From: Bacteroidaceae bacterium | Lineage (GTDB): Bacteria; Bacteroidota; Bacteroidia; Bacteroidales; Bacteroidaceae | Reading direction: 5' to 3' | Assembly: GCA_016280855.1 (NCBI GenBank) | Contig: JAEEHP010000105.1 | Span: 19,100 to 83,099 of the forward strand | DNA length: 64,000 nt | Shown here: positions 1 through 7,786 of the stretch, one piece after another | Layout of the letters: every line of letters begins with the position of its first letter | Numbering within the stretch: position 1 is the first letter of the stretch | Position numbers and translations under genes: made by a program | Notes under the pieces: model-generated | Databases searched by the model: none | What the model was told of the DNA's origin: nothing | Seen by the model: only the letters and a program-made list of their open reading frames with translations

Positions 1-725
1 TTCCTTGCAATGGCCTGACAATCCGGGGTGACGAAAAACGCGTTGGCTTCCTCGCTGGTGGGAGGCCAGAACAGATTGGCACGCAGACGAAGCATCAACT
101 CAAAGATGCGAGCTGCCGTGCGGCTGCCGATGAAGTAAGGTGTGCCAGGCTCAAAGGTGGCATTGGCCCACACTTGCAGCCCCCATTCCAGATTGCTCAA
201 GCAAATGCCACGATAGCGCACGTCGGGTGCCTGACGAGTGACGAAGCCTTCATCCAAACGGAATTCAGTCTTCGCTTCCGGGTCAGCATCAGCCCACCAT
301 TCCCATGGCGAGACTCCCAACAAGCGCGTCAGTTCGATGATACCATAAGCTGTGCCGAGGGCATCGCTGCCGGCTATCAGAAGTCGGCCATCTTTGGTTG
401 TTGCCAGCACAAAGGCTTGTGGACGATTGATGAGCCATGAGAGGTCAACACCCGTGCGCAAGAGCCGTTTGTCAGCGGTGCCGTTCAATGTCCCCACGAC
501 GATTTGCGCTTTGTGGCTATTGACGCGCAACGGCGCTTGTAGCACTCGTGCTAAGTCGCTTTCCAGCAGCGTCACGGCAGTTTTCACCACAGCGTTTTCG
601 CTATCTTCAACGTCAATGACGACTTGCTGATAGGAGGGTAAAACGAAAGCGCTGGCCTTTGTGGTCAGCGCTATCATGGCCACGACGCAGGTCGTGACGA
701 AAGTCTTGAGAGTCCGTCTGAGCAT
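1..725 (-). CDS. glycoside hydrolase family 115-like protein, N-terminal part (gene continues past the left edge)
   Basis: Hand translation of the minus strand from the ATG (plus-strand CAT at 723-725) gives MLRRTLKTFVTTCVVAMIALTTKASA (signal peptide) ...LIAGSDALGTAYGIIELTRLLGVSPWEWWADA...VRYRGICLSNLEWGL. The frame stays open to position 1. It is absent from the ORF track because it has no stop in the window. The GH115 assignment is from remembered N-terminal motifs only. Confidence 0.5.
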   Translation of the reverse strand, partial: MLRRTLKTFVTTCVVAMIALTTKASAFVLPSYQQVVIDVEDSENAVVKTAVTLLESDLARVLQAPLRVNSHKAQIVVGTLNGTADKRLLRTGVDLSWLINRPQAFVLATTKDGRLLIAGSDALGTAYGIIELTRLLGVSPWEWWADADPEAKTEFRLDEGFVTRQAPDVRYRGICLSNLEWGLQVWANATFEPGTPYFIGSRTAARIFELMLRLRANLFWPPTSEEANAFFVTPDCQAIAR

Positions 726-736
726 GAAGCGCAAGT

Positions 737-1111
737 TTAGTTGGCGGGTGTCTCAGCCGGAGCCTCAGCGGGAGCGTCGGCAGCCGGAGTCTCCTGAAGC
801 TCAGCGGCGGGCATACCGGGAAGATTCGTGGGAGCAGTAGCCTGCTGTTCGATGGCGACGTCTTCCATGACGGAAGCGTTGCTGGACGAACCCGGGATGA
901 AGTAAACTGAAGCAATGCTGAAGACGACCATGGCAGCTGCCAGAGCCCACGTTGCTTTCTCAATGACATCGGTGGTCTTGCGAACACCCATTACCTGATT
1001 GCCGCTGGCGAAACCGCTGGCGAGACCGCCTCCCTTAGACTCCTGAATGAGTACGATGAGGCACATGAAAATGGATGCGATGACCACAAGAATTACAAGT
1101 AGATTGTACAT
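737..1111 (-). CDS. secG: preprotein translocase subunit SecG
   Basis: 124 aa. Two TM helices around a glycine-rich loop (ESKGGGLASGFASG), then a low-complexity Ala/Pro/Glu tail. It sits in the conserved Bacteroidota context downstream of lptE. Confidence 0.8.
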   Translation of the reverse strand: MYNLLVILVVIASIFMCLIVLIQESKGGGLASGFASGNQVMGVRKTTDVIEKATWALAAAMVVFSIASVYFIPGSSSNASVMEDVAIEQQATAPTNLPGMPAAELQETPAADAPAEAPAETPAN

Positions 1112-1131
1112 GATGTTAAAATATTTATTTG

Positions 1132-1860
1132 TTATTTATCTTCGTTATTAGCCCGCTCGTTGACGATTAATTTCTCGAGGAAGCGGATTTGGTCTGCAAA
1201 GTAACGATTTTTTTTCGGATTAATCAAACTTATTCGCCTAATAATTTCAATTGCCTTCGCATATTTGCCCTGTTTGATGTAAATTCGGGCTAAAGTTTCG
1301 GTAAAATAGGTGTCGGAAGGGTCATTTCGGGGTGTTGTAGGCTCCGTTGAACCTTTTTCATCAAGCGCCTCCTCTACCTCTTCGTCAGGGTCGCTTTCGT
1401 TGTCAGCATTTTGTACTTGATGAGCATCTTCCAGTTGCAGGAGATAGGACATATAATCGACAGTGGCATCGGCGGCATGAGCATGACGGGGTTGTTGATC
1501 GGGCTGTTGGTCGAGGAATGACTCGATGAGACTTTGGGTGCGATCGACGGGTTGACTCGTAGCTGTTGCATCGGTGGTCTTCTCGCTCGAAGGCTCTGGA
1601 GCTGTCTTTGACGTACCGCTGAAATGTTCGCTGTCGAACAGGTCAAAGAGCTTACGGCGGTCGGGCAGGCAGACAGCGGCTTTGCGTAGCTCAGCGCCAA
1701 AGCGCTCGTCCTGCAACGAGAAGAGTCCGAGCAAGTAGAGCAGACGAGCCGTCTGGAACGAGGGATAGCGCTCCACCAATTGCTGGAGTTCCTGCACGGT
1801 TTCGGCGTTCAGGAGCTCGGGGCGTTGAATGTAGGTCGTGAGGGATTGCATAGTTACCAA
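1132..1860 (-). CDS. hypothetical protein with one C-terminal TPR-like motif
   Basis: 242 aa with an acidic low-complexity middle. The C-terminus ARIYIKQGKYAKAIEIIRRISLINPKK is TPR-like. It overlaps lptE-like by 7 nt, which suggests an operon. Confidence 0.6.
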   Translation of the reverse strand: MVTMQSLTTYIQRPELLNAETVQELQQLVERYPSFQTARLLYLLGLFSLQDERFGAELRKAAVCLPDRRKLFDLFDSEHFSGTSKTAPEPSSEKTTDATATSQPVDRTQSLIESFLDQQPDQQPRHAHAADATVDYMSYLLQLEDAHQVQNADNESDPDEEVEEALDEKGSTEPTTPRNDPSDTYFTETLARIYIKQGKYAKAIEIIRRISLINPKKNRYFADQIRFLEKLIVNERANNEDK

Positions 1861-2402
1861 TTGGCCACGGTGGCGTTGAAGATTTGATCGACGATATCCT
1901 TTGTCATCTGCGTGACGAGCTCTTCCTGCACGTTGACGAGCTGTTGTGTGGCGTCGTATTCCGTTGTGGCGCTGAACTGTCGTTCGAAGTCCTCGTCATG
2001 TTTCTTGTTGTTGGTGAAGCGCACGTTCACCGTCATCTTCAGCTGCACCTGCGAGCTGTAGCCGTCGCTGCCTACGCCTTTGTTGAACTGGTCGAAGCCT
2101 GTGATTTCGCCCGACAGTACGAGATCGCCGCCTCGCTTCACCTGTTGCAGCTTGGTTTGCTGAGCATAGATGTCTGTCAGGCGGTTGTTGAAGATGGATT
2201 GCATGGGAGCCCATACGTATGACGAACGGATAGGGAACGTATTGATCTGTATGGTTTTCGTCTTCGTATAGTCGATGCTGGCTCCATTGAATTTGTAGCT
2301 GATGGAGCAGGAAACAAGGAATAAAGTGAAGAATGACAGCGTGAAAAGTGAAAGATGCAGTTTGCTTTTCACTCTTCCTTTCCATTGCCAGCGTGAACTC
2401 AT
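1854..2402 (-). CDS. lptE: LptE-like LPS-assembly lipoprotein
   Basis: Lipobox signal ...LSLFTLSFFTLFLVSC, about 170 aa mature protein, located between the sigma-54 activator and secG as in other Bacteroidota. The start is chosen at M13 of ORF 1854..2438; 2438 is the alternative start. Confidence 0.55.
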   Translation of the reverse strand: MSSRWQWKGRVKSKLHLSLFTLSFFTLFLVSCSISYKFNGASIDYTKTKTIQINTFPIRSSYVWAPMQSIFNNRLTDIYAQQTKLQQVKRGGDLVLSGEITGFDQFNKGVGSDGYSSQVQLKMTVNVRFTNNKKHDEDFERQFSATTEYDATQQLVNVQEELVTQMTKDIVDQIFNATVANW

Positions 2403-2456
2403 GTGATGGACTCTGTCGAGTATAGTATTGCTTTTCATATTATCAACTTTCTGCTT

Positions 2457-3725
2457 TCAACTTTCGTCCAGTCCGTATTCCTTAATCTTTCTATAAAGCG
2501 TACGCTCGCTGATATGAAGTTCGTCAGCCGTGCGTTTCCGTCGTCCTTTGTTCTTTTCGAGCGCACGGATGATGAGCTTCTTCTCTTGCTCCTCAATGGA
2601 CAGCGACTCCTCGACGTATTCTTCGGCGTAGGGCGTTGAGTCTGTGTGCGGTGCTTGAATATTGATCGTTGGCTTGGCGGTTGCAACAACAGGAACGACG
2701 GATGGTGTGGCAGGAGAGACCTGCACCGTCGATGCCGGGGTTGTGACGGGCACGACAGAATTGGGGCGCATGGGCTGTTGTGACGTCAGATGAGCCATTT
2801 CCTGCTTCAGGTCGTTGACTTCGCGGTGGAGGGCATTGATCATCTGAAACAGCATTTCGCGCTCCGACTGATAGTCGTGGTGCGTATCGTGGTGTCCCAC
2901 TCTTACCAAACCGCCTTGTTCTTCGATGGTCGGCCAGATTTCGTATTCCGATAGGATGTCGGGGGTGACGACACGCGTGTCCCTCATGAGGATGGACATC
3001 TGCTCTGTCACGTTCTTGAGCTGACGGATGTTGCCGGGCCATTTGTAGCGCTTGATGATCTCTTCGGCATCGGGCGAGAGTGTTATCCGTTCAGGCATCT
3101 GATACTTGACCGCTATCTCCATGGCGAATTTCTTGAAGAGGAGTACGATGTCCTCGCCACGTTCGCGCAAGGGCGGCATCTTGATGGGAATGGTATTCAA
3201 GCGGTAGAAGAGGTCCTCGCGGAACTTGCCGTCGCGGATGGCGGCTTGGATGTTGACGTTCGTGGCAGCTACGACGCGTACGTTTGTCTTACGCACGGTG
3301 CTGCTGCCTACGCGGATGTATTCGCCGTTCTCCAGCACACGGAGCAGTCGCGCCTGTGTGCTCAGCGGCAGTTCACCTACTTCGTCAAGAAACAAAGTGC
3401 CGCCGTCGGCTGCTCCGAAGTAACCTTCGTGCTCACCGATAGCTCCTGTGAAAGCGCCTTTCTCGTGGCCGAAGAGTTCGCTGTCAATGGTCCCTTCTGG
3501 AATACTGCCACAGTTGATGGCGAAGTATTTGCGGGTGCGTCGAAGGCTGTTGTCGTGAATCAGGCGAGGAATGATCTCCTTACCTACGCCGCTCTCGCCG
3601 GTAATGAGAACAGACAGGTCGGTCTTAGCCACCTGAAGGGCTGTATCCAGCGCATGGTTCAAAGCCTCGCAGTTGCCTACGATGCCATAGCGCAGTTTTA
3701 TGGGTTGTAATTCTTTTGCGTCCAC
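2457..3725 (-). CDS. sigma-54-dependent transcriptional activator (AAA+ bEBP, no receiver domain)
   Basis: Walker A GESGVGKE, GAFTGA loop (EKGAFTGA), Walker B LFLDEVGE, R-finger region, and a C-terminal Fis-type HTH (ELHISERTLYRKIKEYGL). Confidence 0.9.
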   Translation of the reverse strand: MDAKELQPIKLRYGIVGNCEALNHALDTALQVAKTDLSVLITGESGVGKEIIPRLIHDNSLRRTRKYFAINCGSIPEGTIDSELFGHEKGAFTGAIGEHEGYFGAADGGTLFLDEVGELPLSTQARLLRVLENGEYIRVGSSTVRKTNVRVVAATNVNIQAAIRDGKFREDLFYRLNTIPIKMPPLRERGEDIVLLFKKFAMEIAVKYQMPERITLSPDAEEIIKRYKWPGNIRQLKNVTEQMSILMRDTRVVTPDILSEYEIWPTIEEQGGLVRVGHHDTHHDYQSEREMLFQMINALHREVNDLKQEMAHLTSQQPMRPNSVVPVTTPASTVQVSPATPSVVPVVATAKPTINIQAPHTDSTPYAEEYVEESLSIEEQEKKLIIRALEKNKGRRKRTADELHISERTLYRKIKEYGLDES

Positions 3726-3741
3726 CTATATATTATTCAAC

Positions 3742-3796
3742 TTTCAACTTTAGCTTCACTGACTTTCAACTTTAGCTTCGCTGACTTTCGTCACGA
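3742..3796. repeat. tandem array, about 2.5 x 22 bp (TTTCAACTTTAGCTTCRCTGAC)
   Basis: Units at 3742 and 3764, with a partial unit at 3786. Confidence 0.85.
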
Positions 3797-3830
3797 CTCG
3801 GCAATTCAAGCAAGCTTGATTGCTCTCGCT
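3797..3830. repeat. REP-like palindromic element, copy A
   Basis: CTCGGCAATTCAAGCAAGCTTGATTGCTCTCGCT has the same CTCGG...TTCAAGCRAGCTTGA...CTCTCGCT frame as 53715-53752. Confidence 0.7.
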
Positions 3831-3869
3831 GCTCCGAAAGTTCAACTTTCAACTTTCAACTCTCTCCAT

Positions 3870-4937
3870 TCACCCTCTCTCAGCACGGTCGCGCTTGTCA
3901 ACGTAAAGTTTCTCGAGCGGATTCTGGTGTGCTTCATCCCAAGCCTTACGGGCACGGAAGATGTCGATGGCAGAGTAGATGGCATGACGGAAAGAGGCCT
4001 CGTCAGCTACGCTTTTGCCTGCGATGTCGTAGGCCGTGCCGTGGTCGGGGCTGGTGCGCACAATGTCGAGACCTGCGGTGTAGTTCACTCCGTCCTCCAT
4101 GGCGAGGAGCTTGAAGGGGGCTAACCCTTGGTCGTGGTACATCGCCAGCACGGCATCGTAGTACTCATAGGTCCGTGCTCCGAAGAAGCCGTCTGCAGGG
4201 AAGGGGCCATACACGTGCATACCTTTTTCTACAGCGCTGTCGATGGCAGGTTTCAGGATGTCCTGCTCCTCGGAACCCAGCAATCCGTTGTCGCCGGCAT
4301 GAGGATTCAATGCCAGCACGGCAATGCGTGGATTGTCGATGCTGAAGTCGCGGCGCAGAGAATGATGAAGGATTTGAAGCTTCGACATAATGGTATCTTC
4401 CGTGATGGCTGAGGCTACATCGCGAAGGGGCAGGTGAGTGGTGGCTAATGCCACGCGGATCTTCTCGTTCATCAGGATCATCAGCGCCTGCTGTCCATCC
4501 TTGCCAACGCTTTTCTGGATATACTCGGTGTGGCCGGGGAAGTGGAACTTCTCGCTTTGGATGGTGTGTTTGTTGATGGGGGCTGTCACGAGCACGTCGA
4601 TCAATCCCTCACGCCAGTCCTTCATGGCTTTTTCCAGTGCGGCCAAAGCGGCTTCGCCGGCTTCTGCTGTGGGTTGGCCAAGGTCAATCTTCACCTCGTC
4701 TGCCGTGCAATGGAGCACGTTGATGGTTTCGTCATGCGCCTCGGCCACTTGGCTGATAGCGCTGAAGTTGACCTGCAGATCCAACGTCTTGCGATGGTAG
4801 CTGGCCACTTTCGGCGAGCCGTAGATGATCGGCGTGCACAGTTCCAGCATCGTGGGGTCTGAGAAGGTCTTAAGGATGACCTCATAGCCGATGCCATTGG
4901 GGTCGCCGTGAGTAATTCCTACTTTTATCTTTGCCAT
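3870..4937 (-). CDS. pdxA: 4-hydroxythreonine-4-phosphate dehydrogenase PdxA
   Basis: 355 aa, with GITHGDPNGIGYEV, TAPINK and LNPHAGDNGL motifs typical of PdxA. Confidence 0.85.
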   Translation of the reverse strand: MAKIKVGITHGDPNGIGYEVILKTFSDPTMLELCTPIIYGSPKVASYHRKTLDLQVNFSAISQVAEAHDETINVLHCTADEVKIDLGQPTAEAGEAALAALEKAMKDWREGLIDVLVTAPINKHTIQSEKFHFPGHTEYIQKSVGKDGQQALMILMNEKIRVALATTHLPLRDVASAITEDTIMSKLQILHHSLRRDFSIDNPRIAVLALNPHAGDNGLLGSEEQDILKPAIDSAVEKGMHVYGPFPADGFFGARTYEYYDAVLAMYHDQGLAPFKLLAMEDGVNYTAGLDIVRTSPDHGTAYDIAGKSVADEASFRHAIYSAIDIFRARKAWDEAHQNPLEKLYVDKRDRAERG

Positions 4938-4977
4938 AATTCTATATTACATTTATTCTTAAATCATTGTTAATTAT

Positions 4978-6123
4978 TCATTTCCCCTCTCTTGCCTTTC
5001 GTCTGTCCTCTGCCGTCACGGCCACTTCTTCCAGGGTCGTCACGATAGAGGTTGTCTTTTCGTCAGGCAGGTTCAACGTGTAGAGCGAGCCTTCGAGGCG
5101 TCGCATGAGTCCGCGTTTCATCTTTTCAGGTGCAAACACGAATCCTTCGACCACGATGACGATGTTGCGGGTGGTGTCCACGCGTGAATGGCTGACGAAG
5201 GGACCGCCCATGCCGTCGTTCTCCATATACCATAGTCCTCGTGCTTCCAGAGCATACTGGTTGTGGACGACGATGGGCTTGACTGTGGTACACAGGGTGT
5301 CCGTTGCCATGTGCATCGAGGGCAGCGTGCCAGGGATGTTTGCAGCCATCACGCTGTCGCGCTTGGCCAGCACGTATTGTTTGTTGAAGGTCTCAGGACC
5401 CTCATAGGGATAGCTGTACATGCAGATATTGACCAATGCCGAGGCTCCGTTGCTGGATGTCCAGAAGAAGTTCTCGCCGCGCTTGAAGCTCTTGATTTCG
5501 TCTGGAGCGTGCAGTTCGCAGTCGAAGATTTCCTTGGCCAGCTCTGCCGTCTTCTTCGAGTATTTGTCCTTCAGCTCCTTGATGAGGCGGTTCATCTCCA
5601 TCTTCGTCAGGAAGTCGATGATGTCCTGCCCGTGTTCGAAGCAGAAGTCGGCAAAGTCCTCTGGCGTAGGACTTTGGATGGTCAGTACGATCTGGTCGAT
5701 GGCATATTTGTCGCGCATGAACTTCATCGATGTCTTCGTGTAGATCTGTTTGTTGATGTCCACGAGGATGATGTTGCGGAAGATGTTGAGGATGCTGTCG
5801 AAGCGTTTGGGCTCCACCTGCGAGATGTGGAACGAGCGTTCTGGTTGCGGCAGGCCGGGGATGTCCGTGTCGAGCACGGCGAACAAGGCACGTCCCTGGG
5901 TCGCCTGCCAGTCCTTGTCGCTCATCACCACCATCACTTCGTAGGGGCGACCGCTGGCACGTGGTATCACGAATTCTTTCTTGCATGAAACAAGTAGAAG
6001 AGTGAAAAATGAAAGAGTGAAAAGTGAAAGATACAAATTACTTTTCACCATCGTTTTCCACTTGCATGTGGTTGATTTATTGGACTTAAACATTTGCTTG
6101 ATCATATTATTATTATTACTCAC
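4978..6123 (-). CDS. DUF4837-like lipoprotein
   Basis: Lipobox ...LSLFTLSFFTLLLVSC. The mature part (RASGRPYEVMVVMSDKDW...PGLPQPE) matches my memory of DUF4837. The true start is probably internal (M25 at 6051). Confidence 0.55.
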   Translation of the reverse strand: MSNNNNMIKQMFKSNKSTTCKWKTMVKSNLYLSLFTLSFFTLLLVSCKKEFVIPRASGRPYEVMVVMSDKDWQATQGRALFAVLDTDIPGLPQPERSFHISQVEPKRFDSILNIFRNIILVDINKQIYTKTSMKFMRDKYAIDQIVLTIQSPTPEDFADFCFEHGQDIIDFLTKMEMNRLIKELKDKYSKKTAELAKEIFDCELHAPDEIKSFKRGENFFWTSSNGASALVNICMYSYPYEGPETFNKQYVLAKRDSVMAANIPGTLPSMHMATDTLCTTVKPIVVHNQYALEARGLWYMENDGMGGPFVSHSRVDTTRNIVIVVEGFVFAPEKMKRGLMRRLEGSLYTLNLPDEKTTSIVTTLEEVAVTAEDRRKAREGK

Positions 6124-6126
6124 TTT

Positions 6127-7167
6127 TCATTTTCCCTTTTCCTTTGTGTTCAGCAACCCGCAGGCTGCGTCGATGTCCTGACCGCGCGAGGCACGGATGG
6201 TGCAGCGTACGCCGTGATGTGTCAGGTAGTCGCGGAAGGCGACCATGCGTTCGGGTGAGGCTTCGCGAAGGGTGTCCTCGTCGGGCAGCGTGTGCCATCT
6301 GATCAGGTTCACGCGGCATTCGATGTTGCCGAGCAGCCTTACCAATTCACGTGCGTGGCGGTTCGTGTCGTTCTGTCCGCCGAACATAATGTATTCGAAT
6401 GAGAGGCGGCGCTGTCCTGTCCAGTCGTATTCGTGCAGCAGCTCCAGCATCTCGGTCAACGGATAGCTGCGCTCTGCCGGCATCATCGCTGCCCGCTCCT
6501 CGTGGAAGGGGTTGTGCAGGCTGATGGCCAGATGACAGGGACTCTCGTCGAGGAAACGTCTGAGGCCTTTCTTCAGGCCTACGGTCGAGACGGTGATGCG
6601 CCGTGGACTCCATGCCCATCCGTATTCAGCCGTCAGCAACTCCGTGGTGCGCAGCACGGCATCGAGGTTGTCCATCGGCTCGCCCTGACCCATGAATACG
6701 ATGTTCGTCAGTCGGTCGCGTTCAGGCACGGCGTAGATCTGGTTGAGGATATCCGTGGCGGTGAGGTTGCCCTGGAAGCCTTGACGCCCGGTCATGCAGA
6801 ACTGGCACGCCATCTTGCATCCCACTTGGCAGCTCACGCATAGCGTGCCGCGGTCGTCGTCGGGGATGAACACGGTTTCTACGCGCTGTCCCGATCGGGT
6901 GGGGAAGAGGTACTTGACGGTGCCGTCCTGGCTGTGCTGTTCCGTCAGCGGTGGCATCAGTCCCACTTCATAGCGCTCCGCCAGTCGCTGACGGGCGGCC
7001 ACGCTGATGTTACTCATGCGGCTGATGTCGCCCTGTCCCTTCTGGTAGATCCACTGCGCCAGCTGCTTGGCAGCGAAGGCAGGCATACCCAGCTCTGCCA
7101 CCACGCCTTTCAGCTCGGTGGATGTCATACCCAGCAGCGGTTTCCTATCGTTGATGTTGTCCATCAT
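6127..7167 (-). CDS. rlmN: 23S rRNA/tRNA (adenine-C2)-methyltransferase RlmN (radical SAM)
   Basis: 346 aa, radical SAM CKMACQFC (Cx3Cx2C), and the C-terminal catalytic Cys region DIDAACG. Confidence 0.9.
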   Translation of the reverse strand: MMDNINDRKPLLGMTSTELKGVVAELGMPAFAAKQLAQWIYQKGQGDISRMSNISVAARQRLAERYEVGLMPPLTEQHSQDGTVKYLFPTRSGQRVETVFIPDDDRGTLCVSCQVGCKMACQFCMTGRQGFQGNLTATDILNQIYAVPERDRLTNIVFMGQGEPMDNLDAVLRTTELLTAEYGWAWSPRRITVSTVGLKKGLRRFLDESPCHLAISLHNPFHEERAAMMPAERSYPLTEMLELLHEYDWTGQRRLSFEYIMFGGQNDTNRHARELVRLLGNIECRVNLIRWHTLPDEDTLREASPERMVAFRDYLTHHGVRCTIRASRGQDIDAACGLLNTKEKGK

Positions 7168-7227
7168 ATTTTCCTTCGCGCGCGAACCTTATTAATATAT
7201 AGAGGCATCGTCCTGCCGTATCAATTT

Positions 7228-7315
7228 TACACGTCTATACGTATCGGCTTACACGTCTATACGTATCAGTCTACACGTCTATACGTATCAGCCTACACGT
7301 CCATACGCGTTTCAC
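7228..7315. repeat. tandem array, 4 x 22 bp (TACACGTCTATACGTATCRGYC)
   Basis: Units at 7228, 7250, 7272 and 7294 (the last one degenerate). It lies between a minus-strand TAnnTTTG box (7320-7327) and the rlmN start (7167). Confidence 0.9.
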
Positions 7316-7319
7316 TCTG

Positions 7320-7327
7320 CAAAGGTA
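7320..7327 (-). promoter_or_regulatory. Bacteroidota -7 promoter box TACCTTTG (candidate rlmN promoter)
   Basis: Plus strand reads CAAAGGTA, which is TACCTTTG on the minus strand, about 150 nt upstream of the rlmN ATG. Confidence 0.4.
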
Positions 7328-7475
7328 GGCAAAAGCGATAGAATGACCAAGCGTTTAAGCTTTTTTATGCCAAAATGGCAGTGCTTTTCTAAGGCTATTC
7401 GCCCTCAAGACCTCTGCTTCGTGCTTTTTTTAGAAAAAAGTGGGCGAAAATGTTGGCGGTTTCACGGAAAAGATA

Positions 7476-7483
7476 TACCTTTG
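7476..7483 (+). promoter_or_regulatory. Bacteroidota -7 promoter box TACCTTTG upstream of tRNA-His
   Basis: TAnnTTTG match 40 nt upstream of the tRNA. Confidence 0.5.
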
Positions 7484-7522
7484 CACCCGCAAAAGCCGAT
7501 AAGGCTGGAGCATTTCCAACAT

Positions 7523-7597
7523 GGTGACTATAGTTCAGTTGGTTAGAGCGTCAGATTGTGGTTCTGAATGTCGTGGGTTCGAGTCCCACTAGTCACC
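7523..7597 (+). tRNA. tRNA-His (anticodon GTG)
   Basis: Hand-folded cloverleaf: encoded G-1, acceptor GTGACTA/TAGTCAC, D arm GTTC..GAGC, anticodon stem TCAGA/TCTGA with loop TTGTGGT, T arm GTGGG-TTCGAGT-CCCAC, discriminator C. Confidence 0.9.
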
Positions 7598-7618
7598 CAA
7601 ATTTATCCCTCCCTCCCC

Positions 7619-7668
7619 GATGAATCCCTGATAAGCCTTTTTGCTTATGGGGATTCATCACCTTTTTA
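7619..7668 (+). terminator. intrinsic terminator-like hairpin after tRNA-His
   Basis: GATGAATCCC-TG-ATAAGC / loop CTTTTT / GCTTAT-G-GGGATTCATC, followed by ACCTTTTT. Confidence 0.6.
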
Positions 7669-7744
7669 GGGGAGTTAATGGCAAAGAAACGGCTGTATAG
7701 TGAATTTTTTCACACCTTTTCTTGTGAGGTCGGTGCGGAAATCG

Positions 7745-7752
7745 TACCTTTG
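7745..7752 (+). promoter_or_regulatory. Bacteroidota -7 promoter box TACCTTTG (C10 protease 1)
   Basis: TAnnTTTG match 35 nt upstream of the ATG at 7787. Confidence 0.5.
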
Positions 7753-7786
7753 CAACCAGAAATAGACAGAAAAACTCAAAAACAAT

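Noticed and set aside
174-987. ORFs 174..440(+), 352..630(+) and 613..987(-) at the left edge.
   Set aside because: The minus-strand frame from 725 to position 1 gives a clean signal peptide and GH115-like motifs, and secG explains 737-1111. The listed ORFs are out-of-frame shadows, some starting at TTG or GTG.
7343-7546. 67-aa ORF overlapping tRNA-His.
   Set aside because: It runs through the promoter box and into the tRNA gene, and has no motifs. The tRNA cloverleaf is unambiguous.
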